Source of the DNA: Bosea sp. (in: a-proteobacteria)
Lineage (GTDB): Bacteria; Pseudomonadota; Alphaproteobacteria; Rhizobiales; Beijerinckiaceae
Direction of reading: 5' to 3'
Assembly (NCBI RefSeq): GCF_030694325.1
Contig: NZ_JAUXYO010000053.1
Location: forward strand, 2,806-66,805
Length of the DNA stretch: 64,000 bases
In this document: positions 1-8,698 of the stretch, piece by piece
Position numbering within the stretch: the stretch's first letter is position 1
Layout of the letters: every line of letters begins with the position of its first letter
Made by a program: the position numbers and the translations under genes
The notes under the pieces: generated by a model
The model's database searches: none
What the model was told of the DNA's origin: nothing
Seen by the model: the letters and a program-made list of their open reading frames with translations, nothing else

Positions 1-46
1 AGCCTTCGCCGAGGAGGTCGAACTGCTGGTCGAGGCGCGCTGAGGC

Positions 47-961
47 TCAGGCGGGGCGATAGCGGCTGGACAGCCCGGGCACCGCCTCGTCGCAGGTGAC
101 GATCCCGCGCGCCACGAGATCCTCGAGCTGCGCCAGCACGGAGAGGGCCGCCGCCCTGTGCAGCGCCGGCGGCAGCCCCTGATAGATCGGCGGCACCATC
201 TCGGCGATCCGCTCGTCGCCGGCCCGCAAACGGCCGAGGATCGCCGCCTCGCGCTGCCGCCGGTGCTGCACCAGCCCGCGCAGAAAGCGCTGCGGCTCGG
301 TCACCGGCCCGCCATGGCCCGGCCGGTAGAGCGCATGCTCCATCCCGCGCAGCGTCTCGACAGAAGCCATGTAGGCCGCCATCGATCCGTCCGGCGGGGC
401 GACGATGGTGGTCGACCACGCCATGACATGGTCGCCGGAGAACAGCGTCTCCTCCTCGGGCAGCGCGAAGGCGAGATGATTGGCGGTGTGGCCGGGCGTC
501 TCGATCGCGACGAGGCTCCAGCCCGGCCCCGTCACCGCATCGCTCCCGGCCATGACCTGGTCCGGCGCATGCTCGGCATCGGCGGCGGCGTCGAGGCGGG
601 TCGCCTCGCCTGCCGCGAGCTCGCGGAAAGGCCGGTGCGGCCCGCAGCCGACGATCGGAGCGCCCGTCGCCGCCTTCAGCGCCCGCGCGCCGGGCGAATG
701 GTCGCGATGGGTGTGCGTGACGACGATATGGCTGACCGTCTCGCCGGACACCGCCGCCAGCAGCCCCGCCAGATGCGCCTTGTCCTCGGGCCCCGGATCG
801 ATGATCGCGACTTTGCCTCGCCCGACGATGTAGCTGCAGGTGCCGGTGAAGGTCATCGGCCCGCCATTTCCGGCGATCAGCCGCCGCACCAGCGGCGACA
901 GTTGCACCACCTCGCCGGGAGGAGCCGTCGCGCTGCGGTCGAATTCGATCTCGTCGCTCAT
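47..961 (-). CDS. MBL-fold metallo-hydrolase (beta-lactamase-like)
   Basis: ORF 47..1027 carries the HTHRDHSPGA (HxHxDH) zinc motif. The start is probably MSDEIEF (ATG at 961); the upstream ORF extension is Arg/Ala-rich. Confidence 0.8.
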   Translation of the reverse strand: MSDEIEFDRSATAPPGEVVQLSPLVRRLIAGNGGPMTFTGTCSYIVGRGKVAIIDPGPEDKAHLAGLLAAVSGETVSHIVVTHTHRDHSPGARALKAATGAPIVGCGPHRPFRELAAGEATRLDAAADAEHAPDQVMAGSDAVTGPGWSLVAIETPGHTANHLAFALPEEETLFSGDHVMAWSTTIVAPPDGSMAAYMASVETLRGMEHALYRPGHGGPVTEPQRFLRGLVQHRRQREAAILGRLRAGDERIAEMVPPIYQGLPPALHRAAALSVLAQLEDLVARGIVTCDEAVPGLSSRYRPA

Positions 962-1087
962 GCCTGTTTCCGCAGGGCCGCCGGGCAAGCCTGCGCGGGC
1001 CGCGCGGCTTGTGGGGCTTTGTCGCATTTTCTATAGACGGAAAAGCCGGCCGCGCAGCGCGGCCTTCGCAGACAGGACGACACGCCC

Positions 1088-1714
1088 ATGGCGCAGATGC
1101 TTCCCCTCCAGGCTCCGACGCTGGCCCATGCGGCCCTTCCCGCCGTCTCCGGCCCGCGCGCCGCGCTCCTGCGCAACATCGCGCTCGCCGTCGCCGGCAG
1201 CCTGCTCCTCGTGCTGGCCGCCAAGATCAAGGTGCCGTTCTGGCCGGTGCCGATGACGCTGCAGACGCTCGTCGTCTTCGGGCTCGGCGCGGCCTATGGC
1301 TCGCGGCTCGGCGCCGCCACCGTCGCGCTCTACATCGCCTATGGCCTCGCCGGCCTGCCGGTCTTCACCAACACCCCGCCGGTCGCCGCCGGCCCGCTCT
1401 ACCTCGTCGGCCCGACGGGCGGCTTCCTGGTCGGCTTCGTCGCCGCTGCCGCCATCGCCGGCTGGGCGGCCGTTCGCGGCGCCTCGCTGCCGCGCCTCAT
1501 CGGCGGGCTCGTCGTCGCCGAAATGGTGATGATGGCGCTGGGCTTCGGCTGGCTGGCGCTGGGCGCGCAGATGGCCGCCGGCACCACCGGCATCGGCTTC
1601 GCCAAGGCCTTCGCCTACGGCGTGCAGCCCTTCATCCTCGGCGATCTGCTCAAGCTCGCGCTGGTCGCCTGCCTTGCCCGCGCCGGCTGGTCGGTCCTGC
1701 AGCGCCGCGGCTGA
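1088..1714 (+). CDS. bioY: BioY-family biotin transporter S component
   Basis: 208 aa polytopic protein with BioY-like segments (KIKVPFWPVPMTLQTLVV, GPTGGFLVGF). Confidence 0.8.
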   Translation: MAQMLPLQAPTLAHAALPAVSGPRAALLRNIALAVAGSLLLVLAAKIKVPFWPVPMTLQTLVVFGLGAAYGSRLGAATVALYIAYGLAGLPVFTNTPPVAAGPLYLVGPTGGFLVGFVAAAAIAGWAAVRGASLPRLIGGLVVAEMVMMALGFGWLALGAQMAAGTTGIGFAKAFAYGVQPFILGDLLKLALVACLARAGWSVLQRRG

Positions 1715-1739
1715 GCGCTCCGCAGCGACAAACGATCGA

Positions 1740-1764
1740 GGCCGGGCTCGCGCCCGGCCTTTTT
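1740..1764 (+). terminator. Rho-independent terminator after bioY
   Basis: GGCCGGGC-tcgc-GCCCGGCC hairpin followed by TTTTT, 26 nt after the bioY stop. Confidence 0.6.
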
Positions 1765-1792
1765 CATGCCCGCTTGATTCGGGCGGCGGAGA

Positions 1793-1930
1793 TCAACCCT
1801 GCGGCGTCGAACTCGTGCAGGTCTTCTGCTCCGGCCCCGTGAAGAACGGGCCGAGATTGCCGCATTTGTCGCAACCCGCGAGCAGGGTCGCGAGGCCGAG
1901 AATGCCGAGGAACTGGAAAGCGCGCTTCAT
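1793..1930 (-). CDS. Small putative lipoprotein (45 aa)
   Basis: Not in the ORF track because it is under 60 aa. Translation is MKRAFQFLGILGLATLLAGCDKCGNLGPFFTGPEQKTCTSSTPQG, a signal peptide plus an LLAGC lipobox. Third codon positions are GC-rich. Confidence 0.45.
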   Translation of the reverse strand: MKRAFQFLGILGLATLLAGCDKCGNLGPFFTGPEQKTCTSSTPQG

Positions 1931-2275
1931 GATCGATTCCGCTTGTCGTGGCCGACGATCCTAGAGCCATCGAACCCGCAAGACCACAACCCCGTCCGGC
2001 GAACGCGGCCGCCGTCAGGAGCCAGCGGGAACGGGCGGGAAACATCGCTGGCGAACCTTGGCGCCAAGCTGCTGAAAAGCCTGACTCTTGGCAGTCCCTT
2101 CCGGGAAAGCCTCGGTTTCGAGTGCGAGCGGCGGTAGCGGATAGAAAACTAGCTCGGTGAGTTTTGAATGATGATTTGCAATGGAACGATTTTTTAAGAA
2201 TGACGTTCCAAATTGCGTCCACTCATGAACGTGCCTCTTGACGAGCGCTTGTTATTGGGCACATAAGCGATCATG

Positions 2276-2296
2276 AAAAAGGGGGCCGAAGCCCCC
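2276..2296 (-). terminator. Rho-independent terminator (minus strand)
   Basis: The minus strand reads GGGGGC-ttcg-GCCCCC followed by TTTTT, 29 nt downstream of the stop of ORF 2325..2582. Confidence 0.65.
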
Positions 2297-2324
2297 TTAG
2301 TCGTTGCTTTGAGGCTGGCACCTC

Positions 2325-2582
2325 TCAGCGGATGAAGAACCAAATCATAATCTGGCGACCGGTGCGCAGCAGCCCCGGAATGCAAGCGAAGAGGGTCTCT
2401 TTGTAGATCCTCCGCTTGGCCTCTGCTCGCCCTTTCGAGGCGAGTGTCGCGTTGTAATTGCGCAGCAAGCATTCTTCGAAGCCTGCTGCCTCGGATGGCC
2501 TGGGATAGGCCACCCGAGTAGCGACCCGCAGGAGGAGCGGCAAACTTGCCGGATCCTCCATAGGGGGACCATGATCGCTCAT
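2325..2582 (-). CDS. Hypothetical 85 aa protein in the low-GC islet
   Basis: ORF located downstream of the wHTH regulator gene and followed by an intrinsic terminator. No family recognised. Confidence 0.4.
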   Translation of the reverse strand: MSDHGPPMEDPASLPLLLRVATRVAYPRPSEAAGFEECLLRNYNATLASKGRAEAKRRIYKETLFACIPGLLRTGRQIMIWFFIR

Positions 2583-2631
2583 GGTATTCTCCTAGCGCCG
2601 TATCTTCATGAGCGAGTCCATACGCCGCGCG

Positions 2632-2976
2632 TCACGCATGGGCTGCTTCCAATTGGGAGTTGGCGATCTCTTCACCAAGTGTGAGGGCCAGGTTCCCAGT
2701 TGATGTGATCGAAAAGAGACGACGGGGCCTCCCTCCATTGTCAGCTGAAGAAGAACCGCTTGTTTTGATCAGCCCCTTCTTCTCCAAATCAAGAACCGTA
2801 TTGTAAACAGTTGCTAGCCTGATCTCCTTTCCAGTCTCTTTTTCGATCATCGCTAGGATGTCGGCAGTGCAAATGCCCGACCGACCCCTCTTGACAGCCT
2901 CAAGGATTGCGATGTCCCGCCCATCAAGCGAGATTTTTGACGCCTTGTCGCTGCCGAACAGCTTCATAAGGCTCAC
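2632..2976 (-). CDS. Winged-helix transcriptional regulator (PadR/MarR-like)
   Basis: 114 aa. Pattern DIAILEAVKRG...LATVYNTVLDLEKKGLIKTS...GGRPRRLFSITSTGNLAL matches a wHTH fold. GTG start at 2976 is preceded by AAGAGG. Confidence 0.6.
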   Translation of the reverse strand: MSLMKLFGSDKASKISLDGRDIAILEAVKRGRSGICTADILAMIEKETGKEIRLATVYNTVLDLEKKGLIKTSGSSSADNGGRPRRLFSITSTGNLALTLGEEIANSQLEAAHA

Positions 2977-3404
2977 GGTATACCTCTTACGTTACATTTC
3001 CTTTCGGGTTGCGTCGCATTGGTCCCTAGTGCGACGGAGGGTCCAATTCTAAGTCACTTCGGACCTCAGGCGGGGCTTCATCATGGTGACTCTCCTCTGG
3101 CAGGCTTTTCGTTTGCATAGGCCCGCGTTTAGAGTGGCCTGCCGTACGCCACACCAATTCACGGGCAAGCGTTATTTACACTAATCCGACAAAAACAGCA
3201 AGGGAGCCCGTTTGACGCATCGGCGCAGTCAGCTCGACGTAGGACTGAAACGAGTTCGGCCGCTCCCAGTTGATCGGGAATGCGCCGTCCCGCCGCCAGC
3301 GGGCATCCGGGTGCATGGCTGCAAACTGTCGGTATTTCTGTCGGTCAAAGAAAAAGGCCCCGAAGGGCCTGATCCGTAACATCTTCAAATATCACGGGAA
3401 ATTT

Positions 3405-3481
3405 TGGTCGGAGTGGCAGGATTTGAACCTGCGACCCCCTCGTCCCGAACGAGGTGCTCTACCAGGCTGAGCCACACTCCG
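3405..3481 (-). tRNA. tRNA-Pro (anticodon CGG)
   Basis: The minus strand reads CGGAGTGTGGCTCAGCCTGGTAGAGCACCTCGTTCGGGACGAGGGGGTCGCAGGTTCAAATCCTGCCACTCCGACCA. It folds as a cloverleaf with anticodon loop TTCGGGA, a GTTCAAATC T-loop and an encoded CCA. Confidence 0.92.
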
Positions 3482-3684
3482 ATCAACTGGTGGCGGGCTT
3501 ATAGCCAGCGTCGCGGCGCGGCGCAACAGGCGCGGCGGCCTTGCGTGACGAATTATCCGCACGCCCTCTCCCAGCGGCCACCCGCGCGGGCATCGAGCTC
3601 CCGCCCAGCCCGGCACAGGAGGCGTCTCGCGACGATCTGGCCGGTTGCACGCGCCCCCGCCGCGTTCTAGAAGGCGCGGCACGT

Positions 3685-3759
3685 TGGGGCGTCGCCAAGC
3701 GGTAAGGCAGCGGTTTTTGGTACCGCCATGCGGAGGTTCGAATCCTCCCGCCCCAGCCA
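3685..3759 (+). tRNA. tRNA-Gln (anticodon UUG)
   Basis: TGGGGCGTCGCCAAGCGGTAAGGCAGCGGTTTTTGGTACCGCCATGCGGAGGTTCGAATCCTCCCGCCCCAGCCA. Acceptor stem is TGGGGCG/CGCCCCA, anticodon loop is TTTTGGT, and CCA is encoded. Confidence 0.92.
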
Positions 3760-4007
3760 GCCTCCCGGTTGCTGACATGAGAGCTGATCGGATCGCCCGA
3801 TCGACAGCTCATCGGTTGGGCCGCGGGCCGCTCCGGCACCGGTCGGCAGAAGATGGCGACGGCGCGGCCGAACATGAGTGTCGCTGCCTTTGATGGCTCA
3901 GTCCGGCGATCAGTGACCGGCCGTCACGCCCCTCTCCTCGCAGGTCGCTTCCGCCCCCCCTTCCGGGTCATGGCGGATCGCACCTGCGCCGACGGCGCTG
4001 AGTGGTC

Positions 4008-4019
4008 AATGTATCCAAA
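4008..4019. promoter_or_regulatory. Candidate operator, copy 1 of recurrent TGnATACA motif
   Basis: The minus strand reads TTTGGATACATT. Lies about 90 nt upstream of the S1/amidase A1 operon and 52 bp from copy 2. Confidence 0.35.
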
Positions 4020-4059
4020 AACAGGCCAATATCCCCCGCGCGCCATCTCAGGCATGTGG

Positions 4060-4071
4060 TTTGCATACAAT
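4060..4071. promoter_or_regulatory. Candidate operator, copy 2
   Basis: TTTGCATACAAT, 39 nt upstream of the ATG at 4110. Confidence 0.4.
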
Positions 4072-4109
4072 TCTCGTCATCCCTGTCGGGATTCGGAGAG
4101 GAGAGAGCT

Positions 4110-4316
4110 ATGCAGACCCCCTTGCGGGATATCGTCGCCGTCCAGGCGCGGACATGGTCGGGCATCGAGCAGCCCAATGAGGCGGCCGGCATCATGGCCG
4201 ATGCGCTGGCCGCGACCATCGCCGGATTCGAGGCCCTGCGCGGGCAGCTCGCCTTCGAGGACGAGCCCTCCAGTTTCGAGGCCGCGCTCCAGGCGACGAA
4301 GGAGCCGCAGCCATGA
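4110..4316 (+). CDS. Small amidase partner protein S1 (68 aa, GatC/AtzG-like by context)
   Basis: RBS GGAGAGGAGAG precedes the ATG at 4110. The stop overlaps the amidase start (ATGA). C-terminal ...FEDEPSSFEA motif resembles the other four small partners. Confidence 0.65.
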   Translation: MQTPLRDIVAVQARTWSGIEQPNEAAGIMADALAATIAGFEALRGQLAFEDEPSSFEAALQATKEPQP

Positions 4317-5746
4317 ACGCCGCCGCGAAAAGCTCGCTCCTGCATCTCTCGCTGACCGACGCCGCCGATGCGCTGAAGGACGGCTCCGTCACGGCCCTGG
4401 AGCTCACCACCGTCGCGCTCGAGGCCTTCACCCGCGTCGACAAGGCGATCAATTCGGCGATCTGGCTGGAGGGCGCGGCCGCGCTCGAAGCCGCCGAGGC
4501 GCTCGACAAGAAGCGCAAATCCGGCGCGGCGCTCGGCCCGCTCCACGGGCTGCCGCTGGCCCATAAGGACATGTACTACAAGGCCGGCAAGCTCTCGACC
4601 TGCGGCTCGGCCATTCGCAAGGATTTCCGCCCGACCTACACCGCCACCGTCATGGAGCGGCTGGAGGAGGCCGGCTCGGTGACGCTCGGCGGCCTGAACA
4701 TGGCCGAGTTCGCGCAGAACCCGACGGGCCACAACCAGCATTACGGCCATTGCCGCAATCCCTGGCACACCGACTACTGCACCGGCGGCTCCTCCTCCGG
4801 CTCGGGCGCGGCGGTGGCGGCGCGGCTGGTCTATGGCGCGCTCGGCTCCGACACCGGCGGCTCGATCCGGCTTCCGGCCGCGATCTGCGGCGTCACCGGC
4901 ATCAAGGCGACGCAGACCCGCGTCTCGCGCCACGGCGTCATGCCACTCTCCTTCTCGGCCGACAATGTCGGTCCGCTGACGCAGACCGCCCGCGATGCGG
5001 CCCGCTTCCTCGGCGTGATCGCAGGCCATGATCCCAAGGACCCGACCTCGTCCGCCGAGCCGGTGCCGGACTACGAGGCGGCGCTGACCGGCGACATCCG
5101 CGGCATGCGTATCGGCGTCCCCACCAACTACTTCTTCGACGGCATCGACCCCGAGGTCCAGGCCGCCTTCGACGCCGTGGTCGCCGTGCTGCAGGCCCGC
5201 GGCGCCGTCATCGTCCCGGTGACGATCCCGCATATGGACGCGGTGGCGACCTATGGCGGCATCGTCTCGCGCGTCGAGGGCGGCACGATCCATGCCCAGT
5301 GGATGCGCGAGCGCCCGCAGGACTATGCCGTGCATCTGAGCGGCCGGCTCTATCCGTCGCAGGGCATTCCCGGCACCTATTATCTCGAGGCGCTGGCCCG
5401 GCGCGGGGCGATCCTGAAGGCGGTGGCAGCGGCGGTGTTCGGCGTCTGCGACGCCTTCATCACGCCGACGCTGCGCATGAAGGTGCCGACGCTGCTGGCG
5501 ACCGACATCGATGCCGGCACGCCGGGCGCGATCGAGACCTTCCAGGACGTTTCGATCAACACGCGGCCGATCAACTATCTCGGCCTGCCCTCGGTCAGCG
5601 TGCCCTGCGGACTGGATTCCAACGGCCTGCCGATCGGCTTCCAGATCCAGGGCCGCCCCTTCGCCGAGGCGCGTGTGCTCAACATCGCCGACGCCTATCA
5701 GCGCGACACGGACTGGCACCGCCGCCTGCCGCCCAACGTCTCCTGA
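4313..5746 (+). CDS. Amidase-signature family amidase A1 (GatA/AtzE-like)
   Basis: 477 aa with AS motifs GLPLAHKD (Lys), GGSSSGSGAAVA and GSDTGGSIRLPA (Ser nucleophile). Confidence 0.9.
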   Translation: MNAAAKSSLLHLSLTDAADALKDGSVTALELTTVALEAFTRVDKAINSAIWLEGAAALEAAEALDKKRKSGAALGPLHGLPLAHKDMYYKAGKLSTCGSAIRKDFRPTYTATVMERLEEAGSVTLGGLNMAEFAQNPTGHNQHYGHCRNPWHTDYCTGGSSSGSGAAVAARLVYGALGSDTGGSIRLPAAICGVTGIKATQTRVSRHGVMPLSFSADNVGPLTQTARDAARFLGVIAGHDPKDPTSSAEPVPDYEAALTGDIRGMRIGVPTNYFFDGIDPEVQAAFDAVVAVLQARGAVIVPVTIPHMDAVATYGGIVSRVEGGTIHAQWMRERPQDYAVHLSGRLYPSQGIPGTYYLEALARRGAILKAVAAAVFGVCDAFITPTLRMKVPTLLATDIDAGTPGAIETFQDVSINTRPINYLGLPSVSVPCGLDSNGLPIGFQIQGRPFAEARVLNIADAYQRDTDWHRRLPPNVS

Positions 5747-5791
5747 GATGGCGCAAGGATCTGTCGCCGACCCGGCGGCGGCAGATCACTC

Positions 5792-6571
5792 TCAGCGGAT
5801 CGAGGGCCGCCGCTGTCCACCATCGACATGGATGTCGGCGGCATTGATCCCCGCTGCGCGCGGCGAGACCACGAAGGCGATCGCGTCGGCGATCTCCTGG
5901 ACGGTGCTCAGCCGCTGCGCGGGAAAATCCTCCGCCTCGAACTTGGCGAAATCCTCCGGGCGCTCCGCCCGGATCCGCTCCCAGCCGCCGCCGGGGAAGA
6001 GCGTCGAGCCCGGCGACACCGCGTTGACGCGGATGCCGTGGGGCCCTAGCTCCCAGGCGAGCGAGCGCGCGGCATGGATCAGCCCGGCCTTGGCCGCGGC
6101 ATATTGCGCGCCGCGCGCGGCCGGAGCGCGCCCCGAGATCGAGGCGACGAAGACGGCGTTGCCGATCTCGCTGCGGGCGAGCGCCGGCGTCGCCTCGCGC
6201 AGTGCCGCGATCGCATGGCCGACATTGAAGCGGAAGGTCTCCTCCCAGTCGGCGTCGCTGGCGCTGACCAGCTCGCGCTCGCCGAAGCTGCCGCCGGCAT
6301 TGGCGATCAGGATGTCGAGACCGCCATAGGTCGCCACGGTCTCCGCCACCGCCCGCGCCGATTCGGCGGGGCTGCGGAAATCCGCCTGGATGGTCCGCAC
6401 CTCGCCGCCGACCGCCCTGATCTCGGCTGCGGTTGCGGCGAGCGTGTCCGCCCCGCGCGCGGCGATGGCGAGGCGGGCGCCCTCGCCGGCGAGCAGCAAT
6501 GCGGTGGCCTTGCCGATGCCGCGGCTGCCGCCGGTGATCAGCGCGATCCGTCCCTTCAGACCCAGATCCAT
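5792..6571 (-). CDS. SDR-family oxidoreductase
   Basis: 259 aa with TGGSRGIG cofactor motif and YAAAK (YxxxK) catalytic motif. Confidence 0.85.
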   Translation of the reverse strand: MDLGLKGRIALITGGSRGIGKATALLLAGEGARLAIAARGADTLAATAAEIRAVGGEVRTIQADFRSPAESARAVAETVATYGGLDILIANAGGSFGERELVSASDADWEETFRFNVGHAIAALREATPALARSEIGNAVFVASISGRAPAARGAQYAAAKAGLIHAARSLAWELGPHGIRVNAVSPGSTLFPGGGWERIRAERPEDFAKFEAEDFPAQRLSTVQEIADAIAFVVSPRAAGINAADIHVDGGQRRPSIR

Positions 6572-6572
6572 C

Positions 6573-7526
6573 TCAGGCTGCCTTCGGCGAGAGAAGCTTT
6601 TTGGCGAGCATGCAGTGGATGCCCTTGGAGCCGTTCACCGTCTGCGTCACTCGCAGATCGGCGGCGATCGAGCACAGCGTATAGGCATCCTCGCGCGACA
6701 GCCCCGCCACCTCGCCGATCAGCACGATCATGTCGCGCAGCGCCATCTCGGCGCAGCGGTCGAGATCGGGGTCCATGCCCATGGTCAGGTAATGCGTCGG
6801 CGTCTCCGCCCGCGGATAGGCGAAGGTGAGGTCCTCGCGCAGGATGAAGGTGAAACGGCCCTGCAGCGCGGTCTCGATCGCGGTCACGCAGACTTCGCCG
6901 TCGCCCTGCGCGGCGTGGCCGTCGCCGCAAGAGAACAGCCCGCCGTCGACGAAGACCGGCAGGAAGATCGTCGCGCCCGCCACCATCTCCTTGTTGTCGA
7001 GATTGCCGCCGAAAGCGCGCGGCACGATCGAGGTCACGCGGCCCCAGGCCGGCGGCGGCGCCGTGCCCATCACCCCGAAGAAGGGCGCGAGCTCGAGCTC
7101 CAGCCCCCAGGGCAGCTTGGCGACCTTGGCGTTGAGGTCGAGCGGGATGTGCAGCAGCCGCGTCGCGTGGAAATCGCTCTGCAGCGTGCCGGCGAGCGGA
7201 CGGATGACATTGTAGCCCCAGTCCTGCCGGAGCTGGATGTCCTCGATCCGCACCTCCAGCACATGGCCGGGCTTAGCACCCTCGACGGCGATCGGCCCGG
7301 TCAGGATATGGCCCGGCAGGGTCTTCTCGGCATGGGCATGGACATCGGCGATCTCGGGCGGGGTGGAAAAGCCGCTGCCCGGCTTGGGATGGACTTCCGG
7401 AGCACCGGTCACCGTATCGACCGTGACCGTGTCGCCGCTAGCGATCACCAGCTTCGGCTTCAGCGCCGCGTCGAAGAAGCCCCAATGGCAGGTCGCGCCG
7501 CTGGCTTTCAGGTGGTGATGGGTCAT
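6573..7526 (-). CDS. Acetamidase/formamidase-family amidohydrolase
   Basis: 317 aa. N-terminus ...CHWGFFDAALKP... and overall pattern resemble the FmdA/AmdA family (recognition from memory). Abuts the SDR gene with a 1-nt gap. Confidence 0.7.
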   Translation of the reverse strand: MTHHHLKASGATCHWGFFDAALKPKLVIASGDTVTVDTVTGAPEVHPKPGSGFSTPPEIADVHAHAEKTLPGHILTGPIAVEGAKPGHVLEVRIEDIQLRQDWGYNVIRPLAGTLQSDFHATRLLHIPLDLNAKVAKLPWGLELELAPFFGVMGTAPPPAWGRVTSIVPRAFGGNLDNKEMVAGATIFLPVFVDGGLFSCGDGHAAQGDGEVCVTAIETALQGRFTFILREDLTFAYPRAETPTHYLTMGMDPDLDRCAEMALRDMIVLIGEVAGLSREDAYTLCSIAADLRVTQTVNGSKGIHCMLAKKLLSPKAA

Positions 7527-7556
7527 GGCAGGCGTCCGGTTCGAGGGTGGAGATCG

Positions 7557-8663
7557 TCAGGGAGGCGGATTGTCGGGCAGCGGCGCGGCGGCGAGGCGCC
7601 GCGCGCCGGCATTGTGGCGCATCGTGTAGATCGTGCCGCCGGCGACCAGCGCAGCGCCGACGATGGTGACGAGGTTGGGCAATTCGGCGAAGACGAGATA
7701 GCCGCTCAGGGTCGCCAGCAGCAGGCGGACGAAGTCGAGCGGCGCCAGCGCCGAGGCCTCGCCCATCTGGTAGGCGCGGGTGACGAGCCATTGCCCGGCC
7801 GTGCCGACCACGCCGATGCCGATCATCAGCGCCCATTCGGTCGGCGTCGGCGGCGTCCACAGGAAGACGGCTGGTGCACCGAGTGCGATCAGCACCACCG
7901 CGCCCTGCCAGAACAGGATCGTCTCCGTCCGCTCGGACTGGCCGAGTACGCGCACCGAAATGGTGATGCCGGCCCCGAACAGCGCGCCGAGGATGGCGAG
8001 CAGCGCATAGCCGTTCATCGCCTCGCCGCCTGGCCGCAGCATGACGAAGACCCCGGCGAAGCCGATCGCCAGCGCAATCCAGCGCCGCCGATCGACCACC
8101 TCGCGCAGGATCAGGATGGCGAGCAGCGTCACGAACAGCACCTGCGCGAAGCCCAGCGCCGTCGCCTCCGCCATCGGCAGATGGATCAGCGCCGTGAAGC
8201 CGCAGAGCATGGCCCCGAGCGAGAACATCCCCCGCAGGAGCTGCAGCCCGGGCCGGCTGGTCTGCATGATCCGCGGCAAAGCGCGCCCGACCACGAACGC
8301 TAGAATAAGCGTCATCACCAATTGCCGGACGATCAGGATCTGCGGCAGCGGGATGCGCCCGCCGGCCAGCTTGATCAGCGTCATCATCACCGCAAAGGCG
8401 GTGAAGGCGGCGATCATCAAGAGCGAGCCGCGCAGATTGGGCGTCGCCGCCCGCCACCAGCCCCGCGCCCGCACCAAGGGCGTTGGCCGCGCCGCGGGCA
8501 GGGCGTTGGCGGCCGCCGGGAGGGCGGTCGCAGCAAGGATCGAGGCGGCTGCCGCGAGGTTGTCCGCCGAGACCTCGACAGCAAACGGCACCGCGACGGG
8601 CTCCCGTGGCACCTCGTCGGGCATTAGGACGATGGCGCGCGCCCCGGCATCATCCTCGCTCAT
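7557..8663 (-). CDS. EamA/DMT-family transporter
   Basis: About 10 TM segments and a two-EamA-repeat pattern. The ~80 aa Ala-rich N-terminal extension makes the true start uncertain. Confidence 0.7.
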   Translation of the reverse strand: MSEDDAGARAIVLMPDEVPREPVAVPFAVEVSADNLAAAASILAATALPAAANALPAARPTPLVRARGWWRAATPNLRGSLLMIAAFTAFAVMMTLIKLAGGRIPLPQILIVRQLVMTLILAFVVGRALPRIMQTSRPGLQLLRGMFSLGAMLCGFTALIHLPMAEATALGFAQVLFVTLLAILILREVVDRRRWIALAIGFAGVFVMLRPGGEAMNGYALLAILGALFGAGITISVRVLGQSERTETILFWQGAVVLIALGAPAVFLWTPPTPTEWALMIGIGVVGTAGQWLVTRAYQMGEASALAPLDFVRLLLATLSGYLVFAELPNLVTIVGAALVAGGTIYTMRHNAGARRLAAAPLPDNPPP

Positions 8664-8698
8664 GGGTCACCGGGCGCGGCCCTCGGCGCACCGGCGCC

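Noticed and set aside
1-43. Possible 3' end of an upstream plus-strand gene (...AFAEEVELLVEAR stop at 41..43).
   Set aside because: Only 14 codons are visible, too short to support a call.
2100-2300. Search for a direct repeat of the tRNA-Pro 3' end that would delimit an integrated element.
   Set aside because: Only a weak partial resemblance (GATTTG...AAC around 2170..2190) was seen by eye. No integrase or excisionase is present, so no mobile_element feature is called.
3176-3388. 70-aa ORF (KMLRIRPFGAFFFDRQKY...) next to tRNA-Pro in the low-GC islet, possibly an island gene remnant.
   Set aside because: It has no recognisable family, no clear RBS and a TTG/ATG start ambiguity. It is mentioned under the islet finding but not called as a gene.
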